Origin: the human T2T-CHM13v2.0 reference genome, Homo sapiens | Assembly (NCBI RefSeq): GCF_009914755.1 | Contig: NC_060944.1 | Reading direction: 5' to 3' (one strand) | Length of the DNA: 64,000 bases | In this document: positions 1 to 11,600 of the stretch, one piece after another | How positions within the stretch are numbered: the first letter of the stretch is position 1 | Layout: every line of letters starts with the position of its first letter | Made by a program: the position numbers and the translations under genes | Notes under the pieces: generated by a model | Told to the model about the DNA's origin: nothing | What the model saw: the letters and a program-made list of their open reading frames with translations, nothing else | Databases searched by the model: none

Positions 1-273
1 GTTTGCATTGAAGTCACAGAGTTGAACATTCCCTTTGAGAGAGCAGGTTTGAAACACGCCTTTTGTCATATCTGGAAGTGTCCATTCGGAGCGCATTCAG
101 GCTTGTGTTGAAAAAGGAAATATCCTCCCATAAAAACTAGACAGAAGCATTCTCAGAAACTTATCTGTGATGTATGTACTCAACTAACAGAACTAAACCA
201 TCGTTTTGAAGGAGCAGTTTTGAAACACTCTTTTTGCGGAATCTGCAAGTGGATATTTGGCTAGCTGGGAGGA

Positions 274-290
274 TTTCGTTGGAAACGGGA
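274..290 (+). promoter_or_regulatory. CENP-B box, monomer 1 (intact; repeats every 2719 bp)
   Basis: TTTCGTTGGAAACGGGA matches the core nTTCGnnnnAnnCGGGn. Confidence 0.95.
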
Positions 291-440
291 TTACATACAA
301 AAAGCAGAGAGCAGCATTCTCAGAAACTTCTTTGTGATGTTTGCATTCAAGTCACAGAGTTGAACATTCCCTTTCATAGAGCAGGTTTGAAACACTCTTT
401 TTGTAGTATCTGGATGTGGACATTTGGATCGCTTTCAGGC

Positions 441-457
441 CTATGGTGAAAAAGGAA
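441..457 (+). promoter_or_regulatory. pJalpha-type box of A monomer 2 (representative; related motifs lie in all even monomers)
   Basis: CTATGGTGAAAAAGGAA sits at the same offset (+126) as the CENP-B box in the odd monomers. Confidence 0.8.
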
Positions 458-611
458 ATATCTTCCCATGAAAACTAGACAGAAGCATTCTCAGAAACTT
501 ATTTGTGATGTGTGCCCTCAACTGACAGTGTTGAACCTTTGTTTTGATAGAGCAGTTCTGAAACACACTTTTTGTAAAATCTGCAAGAGGATATTTGGAT
601 AGCTTTGAGGA

Positions 612-628
612 TTTCGTTGGAAACGGGA
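612..628 (+). promoter_or_regulatory. CENP-B box, monomer 3 (intact)
   Basis: TTTCGTTGGAAACGGGA. Confidence 0.95.
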
Positions 629-953
629 ATGTCTTCATGTAAACTCTAGACAGAAGCATTCTCAGAAACTGCTTTGGGATGTTTCAATTGAAGTCCCAGT
701 GTTGAACATTCCCATTCATAGAGCAGGTTTGAAACACTCTTTTTGTACTATCTGGAAGTGGACATTTGGAGCGCTTTCAGGTCTACGGTGAAAAAGGAGA
801 TATCTTCCAATAAAAACTAGATAGAAGCAATGTCAGAACTCTTTTCATGATGTATCTACTCAGCAAACAGAGTTGAACCTTTCTTTTGAGAGAGCAGTTT
901 TGAAACACTCTTTTTGTGGAATATGCAAGTGGGTATTAGGCCAGCTTGGAGGA

Positions 954-970
954 TTTCGTTGGAAACGGGA
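954..970 (+). promoter_or_regulatory. CENP-B box, monomer 5 (intact)
   Basis: TTTCGTTGGAAACGGGA. Confidence 0.95.
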
Positions 971-1291
971 ATACGTATAAAAAGCAGACAGCAGCATTGT
1001 CAGAAACTACTTTGTGATGTTTGCATTCAAGTCACAGAATTGAACACTCCCTTTCACAGAGCAGGTTTGAAACACTCTTTTTGTAGTGTCTGTAAGTGAA
1101 CATTTGGATTGCTTTCAGGCCTAAGGTGAAAAAGGAAATATCTTCCCATAAAAACTAGACAGAAGCATTCTCAGAAACTTGTTTGTGATGTGTGCCCTCT
1201 ACTGACAGAGTTGAACCTTTCTTTGCAAAGAGCAGTTTTGAAACACTCTTTTTGTAGAATCTGCAAGAGGATATTTGGATAGCTTTGAGGA

Positions 1292-1308
1292 TTTCTTGGG
1301 AAACGGGA
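1292..1308 (+). promoter_or_regulatory. Degenerate CENP-B box, monomer 7 (core TTCG lost)
   Basis: TTTCTTGGGAAACGGGA has TTCG changed to TTCT, and the same form is seen in every copy inspected. Confidence 0.9.
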
Positions 1309-1633
1309 ATGTCTTCAGATAAACTCTAGACAGAAGCATTCTCAGAAACTTCTTTGGGATGTTTCAATTGAAGTCACAGTGTTGAACATTCCCTTTCACA
1401 GAGCAGGTTTGAAACACTCTTTTTGTAGTGTCTATAAGTGAACATTTGGCGTGCTTTCAGGCCTAACGTGAAAAAGGAAATATCTTCCCATAAAAACTAG
1501 ACAGAAGCATTCTCAGAAACTTGTTCTTGATGTGTGCCCTCTACTGACAGAGTTGAACCTTTCTTTGCAAAGAGCAGCTTTGAAACACTCTTTTTGTAGA
1601 ATCTGCAAGAGGATATTTGGATAGCTTGGAGGA

Positions 1634-1650
1634 TTTCGTTGGAAACGGGT
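1634..1650 (+). promoter_or_regulatory. CENP-B box, monomer 9 (core intact)
   Basis: TTTCGTTGGAAACGGGT differs only at non-core position 17. Confidence 0.9.
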
Positions 1651-1974
1651 ATGTCTTCAGATAAACTCTAGACAGAAGCATTCTCAGAAACTTCTTTGGG
1701 ATGTTGCATTCAAGTCACAGAGTAGAACATTCCCATTCATAGAGCAGATTTGAAACACTCTTTTTGTAGTATCTGGAAGTGGACATTTGGAGCGCTTTCA
1801 GGCCTATGTTGAAAAAGGAAATATCTTCCCATAAAAACTAGACGGAAGCATTCTCAGAAACTTATTTGTGATGTGTTTGCTCAACTAACAGGATTGAACC
1901 ATCGTTTTGAAGGAGCAGTTTTGAAACACTGTTTTCGTGGAATCTGCAAGTGGATATTTGGCTAGCTTTGAGGA

Positions 1975-1991
1975 TTTCGTTGGAAACGGGA
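1975..1991 (+). promoter_or_regulatory. CENP-B box, monomer 11 (intact)
   Basis: TTTCGTTGGAAACGGGA. Confidence 0.95.
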
Positions 1992-2312
1992 TTACATATA
2001 AAAAGGAGACAGCAGCATTCTCAGAAACTTCTTTGTGATGTCTGCATTCAATTCACAGAGTTGAGCATTCCCTTTCATAGAGCAGGTTGGAAACACTCTT
2101 TTTGTAGTATCTGGATGAGGACATTTGGAGCGCTTTCAGGCGTATGGTGAAAAAGGAAATATCTTCCCGTAAAAACTAGACAGAAGCATTCTCAGAAGTT
2201 TATTTGTGATGTGTGCCCTCAACTAAAAGAGTTGAACCTTTCTTTTGATAGAGCAGTTTTGAAACACTCTTTTTGTAAAATCTGCAAGAGGATATTTGGA
2301 TAGCTTTGAGGA

Positions 2313-2329
2313 TTTCGTTGCAAACGGGA
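2313..2329 (+). promoter_or_regulatory. CENP-B box, monomer 13 (variant, core intact)
   Basis: TTTCGTTGCAAACGGGA has G>C at non-core position 9. Confidence 0.85.
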
Positions 2330-2654
2330 ATGGCTTCATATAAACTCTAGACAGAAGCATTCTCAGAAACTTCGTTGGGATGTTTCGATTGAAGTCCCAG
2401 TGTTGAACATTCCCTTTTATAGAGCAGGTTGGAAACACTCTTTCTGCATTCCCTGGAAGTGGACATTTGGAGCGCTTTCAGGACGACGGTGTAAATGGAA
2501 ATATCTTCCAAGAAAATCTAGATAGAAGCAACGTCAGAAACTTTTATGTGATGGATCTACTCAGCTAACAGAGTTGAACCTTTCTTTTGAGAGAGCAGTT
2601 TTGCAACACTCTTTTTGTGGAATATGCAAGTGGATATTAGGGCAGCTTTGAGGA

Positions 2655-2671
2655 TTTCGTTGGAAACGGGA
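2655..2671 (+). promoter_or_regulatory. CENP-B box, monomer 15 (intact)
   Basis: TTTCGTTGGAAACGGGA. Confidence 0.95.
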
Positions 2672-5600
2672 ATACATGTAAAAAGCAGACAGCAGCATTC
2701 TCAGAAACTTCTTTGTGATGTTTGCATTGAAGTCACAGAGTTGAACATTCCCTTTGAGAGAGCAGGTTTGAAACACGCCTTTTGTCATATCTGGAAGTGT
2801 CCATTCGGAGCGCATTCAGGCTTGTGTTGAAAAAGGAAATATCCTCCCATAAAAACTAGACAGAAGCATTCTCAGAAACTTATCTGTGATGTATGTACTC
2901 AACTAACAGAACTAAACCATCGTTTTGAAGGAGCAGTTTTGAAACACTCTTTTTGCGGAATCTGCAAGTGGATATTTGGCTAGCTGGGAGGATTTCGTTG
3001 GAAACGGGATTACATACAAAAAGCAGAGAGCAGCATTCTCAGAAACTTCTTTGTGATGTTTGCATTCAAGTCACAGAGTTGAACATTCCCTTTCATAGAG
3101 CAGGTTTGAAACACTCTTTTTGTAGTATCTGGATGTGGACATTTGGATCGCTTTCAGGCCTATGGTGAAAAAGGAAATATCTTCCCATGAAAACTAGACA
3201 GAAGCATTCTCAGAAACTTATTTGTGATGTGTGCCCTCAACTGACAGTGTTGAACCTTTGTTTTGATAGAGCAGTTCTGAAACACACTTTTTGTAAAATC
3301 TGCAAGAGGATATTTGGATAGCTTTGAGGATTTCGTTGGAAACGGGAATGTCTTCATGTAAACTCTAGACAGAAGCATTCTCAGAAACTGCTTTGGGATG
3401 TTTCAATTGAAGTCCCAGTGTTGAACATTCCCTTTCATAGAGCAGGTTTGAAACACTCTTTTTGTACTATCTGGAAGTGGACATTTGGAGCGCTTTCAGG
3501 TCTACGGTGAAAAAGGAGATATCTTCCAATAAAAACTAGATAGAAGCAATGTCAGAACTTTTTTCATGATGTATCTACTCAGCAAACAGAGTTGAACCTT
3601 TCTTTTGAGAGAGCAGTTTTGAAACACTCTTTTTGTGGAATATGCAAGTGGGTATTAGGCCAGCTTGGAGGATTTCGTTGGAAACGGGAATACGTATAAA
3701 AAGCAGACAGCAGCATTGTCAGAAACTACTTTGTGATGTTTGCATTCAAGTCACAGAATTGAACACTCCCTTTCACAGAGCAGGTTTGAAACACTCTTTT
3801 TGTAGTGTCTGTAAGTGAACATTTGGATTGCTTTCAGGCCTAAGGTGAAAAAGGAAATATCTTCCCATAAAAACTAGACAGAAGCATTCTCAGAAACTTG
3901 TTTGTGATGTGTGCCCCCTACTGACAGAGTTGAACCTTTCTTTGCAAAGAGCAGTTTTGAAACACTCTTTTTGTAGAATCTGCAAGAGGATATTTGGATA
4001 GCTTTGAGGATTTCTTGGGAAACGGGAATGTCTTCAGATAAACTCTAGACAGAAGCATTCTCAGAAACTTCTTTGGGATGTTTCAATTGAAGTCACAGTG
4101 TTGAACATTCCCTTTCACAGAGCAGGTTTGAAACACTCTTTTTGTAGTGTCTATAAGTGAACATTTGGCGTGCTTTCAGGCGTAACGTGAAAAAGGAAAT
4201 ATCTTCCCATAAAAACTAGACAGAAGCATTCTCAGAAACTTGTTCTTGATGTGTCCCCTCTACTGACATAGTTGAACCTTTCTTTGCAAAGAGCAGCTTT
4301 GAAACACTCTTTTTGTAGAATCTGCAAGAGGATATTTGGATAGCTTGGAGGATTTCGTTGGAAACGGGTATGTCTTCAGATAAACTCTAGACAGAAGCAT
4401 TCTCAGAAACTTCTTTGGGATGTTGCATTCAAGTCACAGAGTAGAACATTCCCATTCATAGAGCAGATTTGAAACACTCTTTTTGTAGTATCTGGAAGTG
4501 GACATTTGGAGCGCTTTCAGGCCTATGTTGAAAAAGGAAATATCTTCCCATAAAAACTAGACGGAAGCATTCTCAGAAACTTATTTGTGATGTGTTTGCT
4601 CAACTAACAGGATTGAACCATCGTTTTGAAGGAGCAGTTTTGAAACACTGTTTTCGTGGAATCTGCAAGTGGATATTTGGCTAGCTTTGAGGATTTCGTT
4701 GGAAACGGGATTACATATAAAAAGGAGACAGCAGCATTCTCAGAAACTTCTTTGTGATGTCTGCATTCAATTCACAGAGTTGAGCATTCCCTTTCATAGA
4801 GCAGGTTGGAAACACTCTTTTTGTAGTATCTGGATGAGGACATTTGGAGCGCTTTCAGGCGTATGGTGAAAAAGGAAATATCTTCCCGTAAAAACTAGAC
4901 AGAAGCATTCTCAGAAGTTTATTTGTGATGTGTGCCCTCAACTAACAGAGTTGAACCTTTCTTTTGATAGAGCAGTTTTGAAACACTCTTTTTGTAAAAT
5001 CTGCAAGAGGATATTTGGATAGCTTTGAGGATTTCGTTGCAAACGGGAATGGCTTCATATAAACTCTAGACAGAAGCATTCTCAGAAACTTCGTTGGGAT
5101 GTTTCGATTGAAGTCCCAGTGTTGAACATTCCCTTTTATAGAGCAGGTTGGAAACACTCTTTCTGCATTCCCTGGAAGTGGACATTTGGAGCGCTTTCAG
5201 GACGACGGTGAAAATGGAAATATCTTCCAAGAAAATCTAGATAGAAGCAACGTCAGAAACTTTTATGTGATGGATCTACTCAGCTAACAGAGTTGAACCT
5301 TTCTTTTGAGAGAGCAGTTTTGCAACACTCTTTTTGTGGAATATGCAAGTGGATATTAGGGCAGCTTTGAGGATTTCGTTGGAAACGGGAATACATGTAA
5401 AAAGCAGACAGCAGCATTCTCAGAAACTTCTTTGTGATGTTTGCATTGAAGTCACAGAGTTGAACATTCCCTTTGAGAGAGCAGGTTTGAAACACGCCTT
5501 TTGTCATATCTGGAAGTGTCCATTCGGAGCGCATTCAGGCTTGTGTTGAAAAAGGAAATATCCTCCCATAAAAACTAGACAGAAGCATTCTCAGAAACTT

Positions 5601-8600
5601 ATCTGTGATGTATGTACTCAACTAACAGAACTAAACCATCGTTTTGAAGGAGCAGTTTTGAAACACTCTTTTTGCGGAATCTGCAAGTGGATATTTGGCT
5701 AGCTGGGAGGATTTCGTTGGAAACGGGATTACATACAAAAAGCAGACAGCAGCATTCTCAGAAACTTCTTTGTGATGTTTGCATTCAAGTCACAGAGTTG
5801 AACATTCCCTTTCATAGAGCAGGTTTGAAACACTCTTTTTGTAGTATCTGGATGTGGACATTTGGATCGCTTTCAGGCCTATGGTGAAAAAGGAAATATC
5901 TTCCCATGAAAACTAGACAGAAGCATTCTCAGAAACTTATTTGTGATGTGTGCCCTCAACTGACAGTGTTGAACCTTTGTTTTGATAGAGCAGTTCTGAA
6001 ACACACTTTTTGTAAAATCTGCAAGAGGATATTTGGATAGCTTTGAGGATTTCGTTGGAAACGGGAATGTCTTCATGTAAACTCTAGACAGAAGCATTCT
6101 CAGAAACTGCTTTGGGATGTTTCAATTGAAGTCCCAGTGTTGAACATTCCCATTCATAGAGCAGGTTTGAAACACTCTTTTTGTACTATCTGGAAGTGGA
6201 CATTTGGAGCGCTTTCAGGTCTACGGTGAAAAAGGAGATATCTTCCAATAAAAACTAGATAGAAGCAATGTCAGAACTCTTTTCATGATGTATCTACTCA
6301 GCAAACAGAGTTGAACCTTTCTTTTGAGAGAGCAGTTTTGAAACACTCTTTTTGTGGAATATGCAAGTGGGTATTAGGCCAGCTTGGAGGATTTCGTTGG
6401 AAACGGGAATACGTATAAAAAGCAGACAGCAGCATTGTCAGAAACTACTTTGTGATGTTTGCATTCAACTCACAGAATTGAACACTCCCTTTCACAGAGC
6501 AGGTTTGAAACACTCTTTTTGTAGTGTCTGTAAGTGAACATTTGGATTGCTTTCAGGCCTAAGGTGAAAAAGGAAATATCTTCCCATAAAAACTAGACAG
6601 AAGCATTCTCAGAAACTTGTTTGTGATGTGTGCCCTCTACTGACAGAGTTGAACCTTTCTTTGCAAAGAGCAGTTTTGAAACACTCTTTTTGTAGAATCT
6701 GCAAGAGGATATTTGGATAGCTTTGAGGATTTCTTGGGAAACGGGAATGTCTTCAGATAAACTCTAGACAGAAGCATTCTCAGAAACTTCTTTGGGATGT
6801 TTCAATTGAAGTCACAGTGTTGAACATTCCCTTTCACAGAGCAGGTTTGAAACACTCTTTTTGTAGTGTCTATAAGTGAACATTTGGCGTGCTTTCAGGC
6901 CTAACGTGAAAAAGGAAATATCTTCCCATAAAAACTAGACAGAAGCATTCTCAGAAACTTGTTCTTGATGTGTGCCCTCTACTGACGGAGTTGAACCTTT
7001 CTTTGCAAAGAGCAGCTTTGAAACACTCTTTTTGTAGAATCTGCAAGAGGATATTTGGATAGCTTGGAGGATTTCGTTGGAAACGGGTATGTCTTCAGAT
7101 AAACTCTAGACAGAAGCATTCTCAGAAACTTCTTTGGGATGTTGCATTCAAGTCACAGAGTAGAACATTCCCATTCATAGAGCAGATTTGAAACACTCTT
7201 TTTGTAGTATCTGGAAGTGGACATTTGGAGCGCTTTCAGGCCTATGTTGAAAAAGGAAATATCTTCCCATAAAAACTAGACGGAAGCCTTCTCAGAAACT
7301 TATTTGTGATGTGTTTGCTCAACTAACAGGATTGAACCATCGTTTTGAAGGAGCAGTTTTGAAACACTGTTTTCGTGGAATCTGCAAGTGGATATTTGGC
7401 TAGCTTTGAGGATTTCGTTGGAAACGGGATTACATATAAAAAGGAGACAGCAGCATTCTCAGAAACTTCTTTGTGATGCCTGCATTCAATTCACAGAGTT
7501 GAGCATTCCCTTTCATAGAGCAGGTTGGAAACACTCTTTTTGTAGTATCTGGATGAGGACATTTGGAGCGCTTTCAGGCGTATGGTGAAAAAGGAAATAT
7601 CTTCCCGTAAAAACTAGACAGAAGCATTCTCAGAAGTTTATTTGTGATGTGTGCCCTCAACTAACAGAGTTGAACCTTTCTTTTGATAGAGCAGTTTTGA
7701 AACACTCTTTTTGTAAAATCTGCAAGAGGATATTTGGATAGCTTTGAGGATTTCGTTGCAAACGGGAATGGCTTCATATAAACTCTAGACAGAAGCATTC
7801 TCAGAAACTTCGTTGGGATGTTTCGATTGAAGTCCCAGTGTTGAACATTCCCTTTTATAGAGCAGGTTGGAAACACTCTTTCTGCATTCCCTGGAAGTGG
7901 ACATTTGGAGCGCTTTCAGGACGACGGTGAAAATGGAAATATCTTCCAAGAAAATCTAGATAGAAGCAATGTCAGAAACTTTTATGTGATGGATCTACTC
8001 AGCTAACAGAGTTGAACCTTTCTTTTGAGAGAGCAGTTTTGCAACACTCTTTTTGTGGAATATGCAAGTGGATATTAGGGCAGCTTTGAGGATTTCGTTG
8101 GAAACGGGAATACATGTAAAAAGCAGACAGCAGCATTCTCAGAAACTTCTTTGTGATGTTTGCATTGAAGTCACAGAGTTGAACATTCCCTTTGAGAGAG
8201 CAGGTTTGAAACACGCCTTTTGTCATATCTGGAAGTGTCCATTCGGAGCGCATTCAGGCTTGTGTTGAAAAAGGAAATATCCTCCCATAAAAACTAGACA
8301 GAAGCATTCTCAGAAACTTATGTGTGATGTATGTACTCAACTAACAGAACTAAACCATCGTTTTGAAGGAGCAGTTTTGAAACACTCTTTTTGCGGAATC
8401 TGCAAGTGGATATTTGGCTAGCTGGGAGGATTTCGTTGGAAACGGGATTACATACAAAAAGCAGACAGCAGCATTCTCAGAAACTTCTTTGTGATGTTTG
8501 CATTCAAGTCACAGAGTTGAACATTCCCTTTCATAGAGCAGGTTTGAAACACTCTTTTTGTAGTATCTGGATGTGGACATTTGGATCGCTTTCAGGCCTA

Positions 8601-11600
8601 TGGTGAAAAAGGAAATATCTTCCCATGAAAACTAGACAGAAGCATTCTCAGAAACTTATTTGTGATGTGTGCCCTCAACTGACAGTGTTGAACCTTTGTT
8701 TTGATAGAGCAGTTCTGAAACACACTTTTTGTAAAATCTGCAAGAGGATATTTGGATAGCTTTGAGGATTTCGTTGGAAACGGGAATGTCTTCATGTAAA
8801 CTCTAGACAGAAGCATTCTCAGAAACTGCTTTGGGATGTTTCAATTGAAGTCCCAGTGTTGAACATTCCCATTCATAGAGCAGGTTTGAAACACTCTTTT
8901 TGTACTATCTGGAAGTGGACATTTGGAGCGCTTTCAGGTCTACGGTGAAAAAGGAGATATCTTCCAATAAAAACTAGATAGAAGCAATGTCAGAACTTTT
9001 TTCATGATGTATCTACTCAGCAAACAGAGTTGAACCTTTCTTTTGAGAGAGCAGTTTTGAAACACTCTTTTTGTGGAATATGCAAGTGGGTATTAGGCCA
9101 GCTTGGAGGATTTCGTTGGAAACGGGAATACGTATAAAAAGCAGACAGCAGCATTGTCAGAAACTACTTTGTGATGTTTGCATTCAAGTCACAGAATTGA
9201 ACACTCCCTTTCACAGAGCAGGTTTGAAACACTCTTTTTGTAGTGTCTGTAAGTGAACATTTGGATTGCTTTCAGGCCTAAGGTGAAAAAGGAAATATCT
9301 TCCCATAAAAACTAGACAGAAGCATTCTCAGAAACTTGTTTGTGATGTGTGCCCTCTACTGACAGAGTTGAACCTTTCTTTGCAAAGAGCAGTTTTGAAA
9401 CACTCTTTTTGTAGAATCTGCAAGAGGATATTTGGATAGCTTTGAGGATTTCTTGGGAAACGGGAATGTCTTCAGATAAACTCTAGACAGAAGCATTCTC
9501 AGAAACTTCTTTGGGATGTTTCAATTGAAGTCACAGTGTTGAACATTCCCTTTCACAGAGCAGGTTTGAAACACTCTTTTTGTAGTGTCTATAAGTGAAC
9601 ATTTGGCGTGCTTTCAGGCCTAACGTGAAAAAGGAAATATCTTCCCATAAAAACTAGACAGAAGCATTCTCAGAAACTTGTTCTTGATGTGTGCCCTCTA
9701 CTGACAGAGTTGAACCTTTCTTTGCAAAGAGCAGCTTTGAAACACTCTTTTTGTAGAATCTGCAAGAGGATATTTGGATAGCTTGGAGGATTTCGTTGGA
9801 AACGGGTATGTCTTCAGATAAACTCTAGACAGAAGCATTCTCAGAAACTTCTTTGGGATGTTGCATTCAAGTCACAGAGTAGAACATTCCCATTCATAGA
9901 GCAGATTTGAAACACTCTTTTTGTAGTATCTGGAAGTGGACATTTGGAGCGCTTTCAGGCCTATGTTGAAAAAGGAAATATCTTCCCATAAAAACTAGAC
10001 GGAAGCATTCTCAGAAACTTATTTGTGATGTGTTTGCTCAACTAACAGGATTGAACCATCGTTTTGAAGGAGCAGTTTTGAAACACTGTTTTCGTGGAAT
10101 CTGCAAGTGGATATTTGGCTAGCTTTGAGGATTTCGTTGGAAACGGGATTACATATAAAAAGGAGACAGCAGCATTCTCAGAAACTTCTTTGTGATGTCT
10201 GCATTCAATTCACAGAGTTGAGCATTCCCTTTCATAGAGCAGGTTGGAAACACTCTTTTTGTAGTATCTGGATGAGGACATTTGGAGCGCTTTCAGGCGT
10301 ATGGTGAAAAAGGAAATATCTTCCCGTAAAAACTAGACAGAAGCATTCTCAGAAGTTTATTTGTGATGTGTGCCCTCAACTAACAGAGTTGAACCTTTCT
10401 TTTGATAGAGCAGTTTTGAAACACTCTTTTTGTAAAATCTGCAAGAGGATATTTGGATAGCTTTGAGGATTTCGTTGCAAACGGGAATGGCTTCATATAA
10501 ACTCTAGACAGAAGCATTCTCAGAAACTTCGTTGGGATGTTTCGATTGAAGTCCCAGTGTTGAACATTCCCTTTTATAGAGCAGGTTGGAAACACTCTTT
10601 CTGCATTCCCTGGAAGTGGACATTTGGAGCGCTTTCAGGACGACGGTGAAAATGGAAATATCTTCCAAGAAAATCTAGATAGAAGCAATGTCAGAAACTT
10701 TTATGTGATGGATCTACTCAGCTAACAGAGTTGAACCTTTCTTTTGAGAGAGCAGTTTTGCAACACTCTTTTTGTGGAATATGCAAGTGGATATTAGGGC
10801 AGCTTTGAGGATTTCGTTGGAAACGGGAATACATGTAAAAAGCAGACAGCAGCATTCTCAGAAACTTCTTTGTGATGTTTGCATTGAAGTCACAGAGTTG
10901 AACATTCCCTTTGAGAGAGCAGGTTTGAAACACGCCTTTTGTCATATCTGGAAGTGTCCATTCGGAGCGCATTCAGGCTTGTGTTGAAAAAGGAAATATC
11001 CTCCCATAAAAACTAGACAGAAGCATTCTCAGAAACTTATCTGTGATGTATGTACTCAACTAACAGAACTAAACCATCGTTTTGAAGGAGCAGTTTTGAA
11101 ACACTCTTTTTGCGGAATCTGCAAGTGGATATTTGGCTAGCTGGGAGGATTTCGTTGGAAACGGGATTACATACAAAAAGCAGACAGCAGCATTCTCAGA
11201 AACTTCTTTGTGATGTTTGCATTCAAGTCACAGAGTTGAACATTCCCTTTCATAGAGCAGGTTTGAAACACTCTTTTTGTAGTATCTGGATGTGGACATT
11301 TGGATCGCTTTCAGGCCTATGGTGAAAAAGGAAATATCTTCCCATGAAAACTAGACAGAAGCATTCTCAGAAACTTATTTGTGATGTGTGCCCTCAACTG
11401 ACAGTGTTGAACCTTTGTTTTGATAGAGCAGTTCTGAAACACACTTTTTGTAAAATCTGCAAGAGGATATTTGGATAGCTTTGAGGATTTCGTTGGAAAC
11501 GGGAATGTCTTCATGTAAACTCTAGACAGAAGCATTCTCAGAAACTGCTTTGGGATGTTTCAATTGAAGTCCCAGTGTTGAACATTCCCATTCATAGAGC

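Larger units (their letters stand above)
148..2866 (+). repeat. First complete HOR unit. Monomer starts: 148, 315, 486, 657, 828, 995, 1166, 1337, 1508, 1679, 1849, 2016, 2187, 2358, 2529, 2696
   Basis: Counted monomer lengths 167,171,171,171,167,171,171,171,171,170,167,171,171,171,167,171 sum to 2719, and the next unit starts at 2867. Confidence 0.95.

Noticed and set aside
2370-2386. CTTCGTTGGGATGTTTC at the start of monomer 14 resembles a CENP-B box (TTTCGTTGG in copy 22 after 59465 C>T)
   Set aside because: Only the 5' half matches. The core A at position 10 and the CGGG are missing.
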